From Myxococcota bacterium (GTDB lineage Bacteria; Myxococcota_A; UBA796; UBA2385), in contig JBIJDH010000003.1 in assembly GCA_044344255.1 (NCBI GenBank), positions 256,001-320,000 on the forward strand: DNA of 64,000 nucleotides, given 5' to 3'. The notes beneath the pieces are model-generated. The model saw only the letters and a list, made by a program, of their open reading frames with translations. It had not been told where the DNA came from and made no database searches. This document shows positions 58,321 to 64,000 of the stretch, in pieces (positions within the stretch are counted from its first letter, which is position 1; each line of letters opens with the position of its first letter). Position numbers and translations under genes: made by a program.

Positions 58321-59074
58321 CCCCGCCGACCCCCTCGGACGACGATCCGCGCGAGCAGGCCCTCGATCGCCTCCATGACGGCCTCGACCGCCCCCGCCTC
58401 ACCGTCGCCCTCGCGGCCAGCCTCGTGCTCATCCACGCAGGCATCGGCGCGCGCGTGCTCCTGCGGGGGAACGCTGGCGTCTGGGAGGCCTTCTTCGCCG
58501 GGCGGGGCGAGCGGCTGCTGCGGCGGTCGGGGGCGATGTGGTGGCGGGCCGTCGATCGCGGGGAGCTCTGGCGCCTGGTCACGAGCGTCTTCCTCCACGG
58601 CGACGCCCTGCACCTGCTCGTCAACACGAGCGCCCTCTTCGCCCTCGGGCGGCTCTGTGAGGCGGTCTATGGCCCCTCGCGGATGTTGTGGATCTTCCTG
58701 CTCTCCGGCGTGGGCGGGGCCACCCTCACCTGGGTGGGCGGCACCACGCTCACGGTGGGGGCCAGCGGCGGCATCTTCGGCTTGCTGGGCGCCGCCTTCG
58801 TCTTCGGCTGGAAGCAGGGGCGCGCGCTCCCCGACGACACCGCGGCCTTCTTCCGCCGCAGGCTCGTCCCCTGGATCCTCGTCAACCTCGCGATCGGCCT
58901 CCTGCTCCCCTTCATCGACAACCTCGGCCACATCGGCGGCCTCGTGACCGGCTGCCTGCTCGGGATGGTGCTCGACAACCGCGTCACGGAGCGCCCCTCG
59001 CGGCCGATCGGGGTGCTGCTCGCCGGCCTCAGCCTCTCCCTGCTGACCATCGGCCTCTGGGGAGTGAGCACCAA

Positions 59075-59084
<10 letters not shown>
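58317..59084 (+). CDS. Rhomboid family intramembrane serine protease
   Basis: 'ELWRLVTSVFLH...HLLVN', 'VGASGGIFG', 'DNLGHIGG'; GTGA overlap. Confidence 0.92.
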
Positions 59085-60057
<973 letters not shown>

Positions 60058-60093
60058 TCACGGAGTAGGGCTGGGGTTGGCTTAGGGCCCGGC

Positions 60094-60132
60094 TCCCTCC
60101 CCCCTTGTGGGGGAGGGCTGGGGTGGGGGGGG
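60094..60132. repeat. REP-like palindromic element, left copy
   Basis: CCCTCCCCC-cttgt-GGGGGAGGG followed by ctggggtggggggg; inverted copy at 60299-60340. Confidence 0.8.
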
Positions 60133-60139
60133 TGATTGT

Positions 60140-60293
60140 CGCCAACGCACCTCGGATCTGGTCGATCACGCCATCGATATTGCTCAACACCTCGTTCGCC
60201 GATCTGCTGATGACGGAGGGCTCGCCACAGGTGCCGCTCGGCGTCGGTCATCTCAGCCCGGAGCCTCCTCGCGCTTCTCAGCAGGATGGACAT
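60140..60293 (-). pseudogene. DUF559 (Vsr-like endonuclease domain) remnant with internal deletion
   Basis: N-terminus 'ARRLRAEMTDAERHLWRALRHQQIG' is joined out of frame at ~60197 to the C-terminus 'NEVLSNIDGVIDQIRGALA'; the central FRRQ...DF...E.DG..H core is missing. Confidence 0.8.
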
Positions 60294-60298
60294 GTCAG

Positions 60299-60340
60299 CC
60301 CCCCCCACCCTGTCCCTCCCCCACGAGGGGGGAGGGGACC
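60299..60340. repeat. REP-like palindromic element, right copy (inverted)
   Basis: ccccccccaccctgt-CCCTCCCCC-acgag-GGGGGAGGG; close reverse complement of 60094-60132. Confidence 0.8.
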
Positions 60341-60412
60341 GAATCGGCAGGTTTGTGGAGTCTTCGACCGCCGGTATCGGCAGCGTTGCACGCAGGATCG
60401 AGTGAATTACGA

Positions 60413-61255
60413 TCAGTTCCAGCGGAGGAGCCGGCGGTGATCGTGGCTCAGGCCCACAAATCCGCCGAAGGTCACCCGCGGGCGGTCGCCGCCGACGGGG
60501 CTCACCCGGTGGTAGAGCCGCCCGCCGTTAAAGAGCAGCAGGTCGCCTGCGCCGGGCAGCACCGGCTGCTGCTGGTAACGGGCCTCAATGGCGTCGTCGT
60601 CGAGGATGCGGCCCTGCTCCCGCCAGGGCACGGCGGGGTCGCCGTACTCGAGATCGTAGACGACGAGCTCGCCCCCGGTCTCCCCCTGCTGGAGCGGCAC
60701 GAACCAGGAGAGCTGCCAGGCGGTCTCCACCTGGGGCAAGAGCGGCTTGAAGCCCCCGGTCTCCTGGAACCAGCGCCCGACGTGGGTGGGGATGCCCTTG
60801 CCGGGCGGCACCCAGCGCAGCGTGGCGGGGGTGAAGGCCCGTCCCTCGGGGCTCACGGGCTCGGTCACCGCGCGGCCGCCGCCGAGCTGGCTGAGCACGC
60901 CCGAGGCGGCGCCGAGCAGATCGATGTCGAAGAAGAGGTCGGCGTAGAGCTCGCGGAAGCGGTCGGCCTTCTCGAGGTAATGCTCGAGGGGCGGGCCGTC
61001 GGGGTAGGCGTTGTAGGGGGTGAGCGAGCTGCCGAGCAGGGCCATCTGCTTGCGGTTCGGGTCGTCGGACTCTTGGAGCACCCAGGGCAGCTCGGCCCGC
61101 CGCGCCTCGATGCGGGCGACCACGCGCGCGAGCTCGGCGGGATCGACGATCCCGCGGATGAGCGCGAGGTCGACCCGGCCCTCGCCGATGTCCTCGATGA
61201 GCGTGGCGGGGAGGGGGCCGCTGGCGGGCAGGTCGAGGACGCGGAGGTGGTTCAT
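60413..61255 (-). CDS. Fe(II)/2-oxoglutarate-dependent oxygenase with HxG motif (possible halogenase)
   Basis: ATG at 61255 (MNHLRV); 'GIPTHVG', 'GGELVVY', 'GDLLLFNGGRLYHRVSPV....RVTFGGF'. Confidence 0.8.
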   Translation of the reverse strand: MNHLRVLDLPASGPLPATLIEDIGEGRVDLALIRGIVDPAELARVVARIEARRAELPWVLQESDDPNRKQMALLGSSLTPYNAYPDGPPLEHYLEKADRFRELYADLFFDIDLLGAASGVLSQLGGGRAVTEPVSPEGRAFTPATLRWVPPGKGIPTHVGRWFQETGGFKPLLPQVETAWQLSWFVPLQQGETGGELVVYDLEYGDPAVPWREQGRILDDDAIEARYQQQPVLPGAGDLLLFNGGRLYHRVSPVGGDRPRVTFGGFVGLSHDHRRLLRWN

Positions 61256-61272
61256 CGGTGCTTCCTGTCGGT

Positions 61273-62313
61273 TCAGGCGGTGGGACCCTGCGGCTCGAGC
61301 GGGCCGAAGAGGCGCTCGTAGGTGCTGCGGGTCCGCTTCGCCAGCAGGCGGTGGGTGCGGCGCACGTCCCGCAGCACGTGCTCGGGGTAGAAGGCGCGGT
61401 CGTACATGAGCTCGAAGGCGTTTCGCGGGAGGGCCGGGAGCTCGCTGAGCTCCTCGATCTGGTCGAGGTGCCCGAGGGTCAGGGCCCTCTCGGTGCGGGC
61501 GTCGGGCTCGTCGCCGAAGATGCGCCCGTCGGGGCCGATCACCCAGAAGCGGGCGTCGGGCTGGACGGGCCCGTCCCCCGAGCAGTAGCGGGCCCGCGAG
61601 ATCTCGGAGAGCAGGCTTCGGCGCAGGTGCTCGGCGCTTCGGGGGTGGAGCGAGAGCCACCGCTCCCAGAAGAGGGTCATCTCCCGGAGCTGCTGGTCGA
61701 GCTTGAGGAGGGCCGCGTCCTCCCAGGGCTGGCCCACCACCGGCGAGATGACGAGGTGAACGAGCCCCTGCTTGAGCAGGAAGGCGGCGTTCTCGGTGAG
61801 CTCGCCGACCGTCGCCGGGGTCACCACCATATTGGCCGCCGAGGAGACCCCGGCCTCCACCAGCGCCCGGAGGCCGGAGAGGGTCTGGTCGTAGGACTGA
61901 TTCACATCCTCCTTGGCTAGATAGGGCTCCTCGGCCAGATAGGGGCGCCGAAATTGTGTGTGGGTCTCTCGAAGCCCATCAATGCTCACGCGGGCGTTAA
62001 ATCCATGGGCGGCCAGGAAGCGCGCCCGCTGGGTGTCGAGTCGGGTACCATTGGTGCAGATGCTCAGGGACAGCTTGCGCTTCTCCCGCTGGGGGAGGAT
62101 CCGCTCCACCAGCTCCTCCACGCGCTCCCAGGCCAGCGTGGGCTCACCTCCGTGGAAGTTGAGGTCGAGGGCCGCGGGGGCGCTGCGGTCGAGGACCTGT
62201 ACCAGCTTCTCGAGCAGGGCCGAGGAGATGCTCACCGGCCGCTTGGCGGTCGTGCAGTAGCTGCAGCGGAGGTTGCAGGCGTCGGTGAAGATGACCGAGA
62301 GCTGGACGCGCAT
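61273..62313 (-). CDS. Radical SAM protein
   Basis: 'TDACNLRCSYC', 'LNFHGGEPTL', 'ICTNGT', 'VSIDG'; no clear SPASM Cys cluster. Confidence 0.9.
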   Translation of the reverse strand: MRVQLSVIFTDACNLRCSYCTTAKRPVSISSALLEKLVQVLDRSAPAALDLNFHGGEPTLAWERVEELVERILPQREKRKLSLSICTNGTRLDTQRARFLAAHGFNARVSIDGLRETHTQFRRPYLAEEPYLAKEDVNQSYDQTLSGLRALVEAGVSSAANMVVTPATVGELTENAAFLLKQGLVHLVISPVVGQPWEDAALLKLDQQLREMTLFWERWLSLHPRSAEHLRRSLLSEISRARYCSGDGPVQPDARFWVIGPDGRIFGDEPDARTERALTLGHLDQIEELSELPALPRNAFELMYDRAFYPEHVLRDVRRTHRLLAKRTRSTYERLFGPLEPQGPTA

Positions 62314-62315
62314 CC

Positions 62316-63065
62316 TCAGCTCCAGACCCAGAGCTTGCCCGCGGCGTCCCGACCGGCGAAGCCCCCGAGCGTCCACCGCTCTGCAGAGGATGGACAGACG
62401 CGGTGGTTGAAGCGCCCGCCGTCGAAGAGCAGCAGATCGCCCGGCCCCGGGCGGAGGGTGGTGGTGCCGAAGGCGGCGAGGCGGTCCCGGGCGGCGGCGG
62501 GGGACAGGCCCTCGAGGGACTGACCTTCGGCTGGGCGGTGGAAGAGCTCGAGCTCACCGCCGTCGGGGAGGGCGTTCAGCGGCAGATAGAAGCTCAGGTG
62601 CCAGCGGGGTGTCAGTCGGGCCCGATGCCAGCCCATCGCGGGCCAGGCCCAGCGCTCGGAGTGGACGGCCACCTCCAGCCCGGGCGGCAGGCGACGGATC
62701 GTGACCGCGGCGTAGGTCTGTCCGCCCTCTTCGGGCACTTCGACCGGGGCGCCGGCCAGTCGACCGAGGAGCGCGAGGAGCGGCGCGTGCAGGCCGAGCG
62801 ACTCCATGCAGGCGCGGAGGCGGGCGGCGTCCTCAAAGTAGCGCGCTCGGTCTGGGGTGACGATGAGCACGCTGCCGTGTGTGGTCCCGGGGAAGGGCGG
62901 CGCAGAGCGGGCCGGGAGCTCGGCCGCGGCAGCTCGGAGCGCGGCGACCGCCTCCAGGGACAGGGCGCCCTTCAGCCAGAGGCCGTCGATCTGGCCCTCC
63001 CACAGGGCCGCGAGCGCGCCGACCTCACCGCGGTCCACCTCGATGCGCGGGGCCTCGGCGGTCAT
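62316..63065 (-). CDS. Fe(II)/2-oxoglutarate-dependent oxygenase (HxE)
   Basis: 'VAVHSE', 'GGELELF', 'GDLLLFDGGRFNHRV....RWTLGGF'. Confidence 0.8.
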   Translation of the reverse strand: MTAEAPRIEVDRGEVGALAALWEGQIDGLWLKGALSLEAVAALRAAAAELPARSAPPFPGTTHGSVLIVTPDRARYFEDAARLRACMESLGLHAPLLALLGRLAGAPVEVPEEGGQTYAAVTIRRLPPGLEVAVHSERWAWPAMGWHRARLTPRWHLSFYLPLNALPDGGELELFHRPAEGQSLEGLSPAAARDRLAAFGTTTLRPGPGDLLLFDGGRFNHRVCPSSAERWTLGGFAGRDAAGKLWVWS

Positions 63066-64000
63066 GGTCGGGGCCTCGGCGCGCGGTCCGGGGCGGCGGG
63101 CGTGGGCGTCAGGCGGTGGCGCTCGTCGCCGAAGCGGCGCACGTAGCCGTCGTGCAGGCCGTCACAGCCCCGCCCGAAGTGTGCGCAGGCGCTGGCGTGG
63201 ACACAGTCGAATCGAAAGCCCTCGGACAGGCGGTCTTGGAATTCGTCGCGGATGAGGAGCTGGGGCTGGTGGTTGTCGAGCGTGTCGCCGGCCGGCCCGA
63301 GCAGGCAGCGCGGGAACCACTTGGTCGTGACCGCGACGCCCGCGGCCTGGAGCTCCGCCACGGCCGCGCGGAGGGGGGGCATCGCGGCCTCGAGGGACAC
63401 GAGGTTGCCCTCCTGGCCCACCTCTCCGAGGTGGAGGAAGGACCAGAGGTGCGCCCCCGAGAAGCCCCAGCGGATGAGGGTCCGGGCGATGTCGGGGAGG
63501 GCGGCGGCGTTGTCCCGACAGACCACCGTGTTCGAGCAGAGGGTGGCGCCGAGGGCGCGGAGGTTCTGCACCCCCTGCTCGAGCTCGGCGAAGGAGCGGC
63601 CGCTGCCGGTGATGTGCGCGTCGGCGGCGGGGTCGGCGGCGTGCACCGACACGAAGTATTCGCGCACGCCCGACTGAAAGAGCCGCGCGGCGAGGCCGCG
63701 GTCCGACAGGCGGCGGGCGTTCGTCTGGATGCGCACCACCGAGAAGCCGCCGCGGCCGGTGGCGGCGGCGGCGATGTCGGCGAGGTCGTCACGCAGCGTG
63801 ACCTCGGCCCCGGACAGGATGAGGCGCCGAAAGCGCCGGCTGCGCCCGTTCTCGGCGAAGAGGGGCTCGAGCACGTCGGCGCTCGGGTCGGCAAAGCGGT
63901 TGAGCTCGGTCTCGATAATGCAGAACCGGCAGCGGCTGTTGCAGCGATAGGTGAGGGCCACGAGGAGGCTGTCCTCCTCCTCTCCTCCCGCCGCCCTTGT
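63062..64000 (-). CDS. Radical SAM protein with C-terminal Cys motif (5' end probably outside window)
   Basis: 'YRCNSRCRFC', 'LSGAEVTL', 'IQTNAR', 'FPRCLL', C-terminal 'CVHASACAHFGRGCDG'; frame stays open to base 64000. Confidence 0.88.
   Translation of the reverse strand, partial: TRAAGGEEEDSLLVALTYRCNSRCRFCIIETELNRFADPSADVLEPLFAENGRSRRFRRLILSGAEVTLRDDLADIAAAATGRGGFSVVRIQTNARRLSDRGLAARLFQSGVREYFVSVHAADPAADAHITGSGRSFAELEQGVQNLRALGATLCSNTVVCRDNAAALPDIARTLIRWGFSGAHLWSFLHLGEVGQEGNLVSLEAAMPPLRAAVAELQAAGVAVTTKWFPRCLLGPAGDTLDNHQPQLLIRDEFQDRLSEGFRFDCVHASACAHFGRGCDGLHDGYVRRFGDERHRLTPTPAAPDRAPRPRP

Overview
High-GC, gene-dense bacterial chromosomal window. The gene content (Hanks kinases, FHA, vWA and Cys-rich lipoproteins, GYF-like protein, split nuo operon) suggests Myxococcota or a related lineage; this is inference. 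Left edge (1-3721): the 3' end of a contractile injection system (CIS) baseplate module (baseplate J-like, P2 gpI-like tail protein, protein with a CIS fibre/adaptor N-terminal motif), followed directly by an unusual ubiquitin-like + 4 TM + C4HC3 RING/PHD-like protein. Within the next ~14 kb are an AsmA protein, an acidic protein with an eCIS-type 'LGNQA' motif, a pseudokinase ending in tandem ubiquitin-like domains, a degenerate-FHA/lytic transglycosylase fusion and an intact Ser/Thr kinase. Together these are the best candidate for an undescribed system: a membrane-docked or regulated CIS using Ubl/RING/pseudokinase/FHA parts. Middle: hypothetical and housekeeping genes (enoyl-CoA hydratase, FadL, TlpA, nuoJKLMN), a five-gene acidic lipoprotein/adhesin cluster including a vWA domain split by a circularly permuted lamin-tail domain, pyk, a sigma-4-like HTH gene, argR, dapC, dapD, GT-C membrane proteins and a rhomboid. 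Right edge: a scar with an hsdM fragment and an internally deleted DUF559 gene between inverted REP-like palindromes, then a radical SAM / Fe-2OG oxygenase cluster running off the window, in which one oxygenase has a halogenase-type HxG motif. No rRNA, tRNA, CRISPR array or intact transposase was recognised. All family calls are by eye from motifs; no searches were run.
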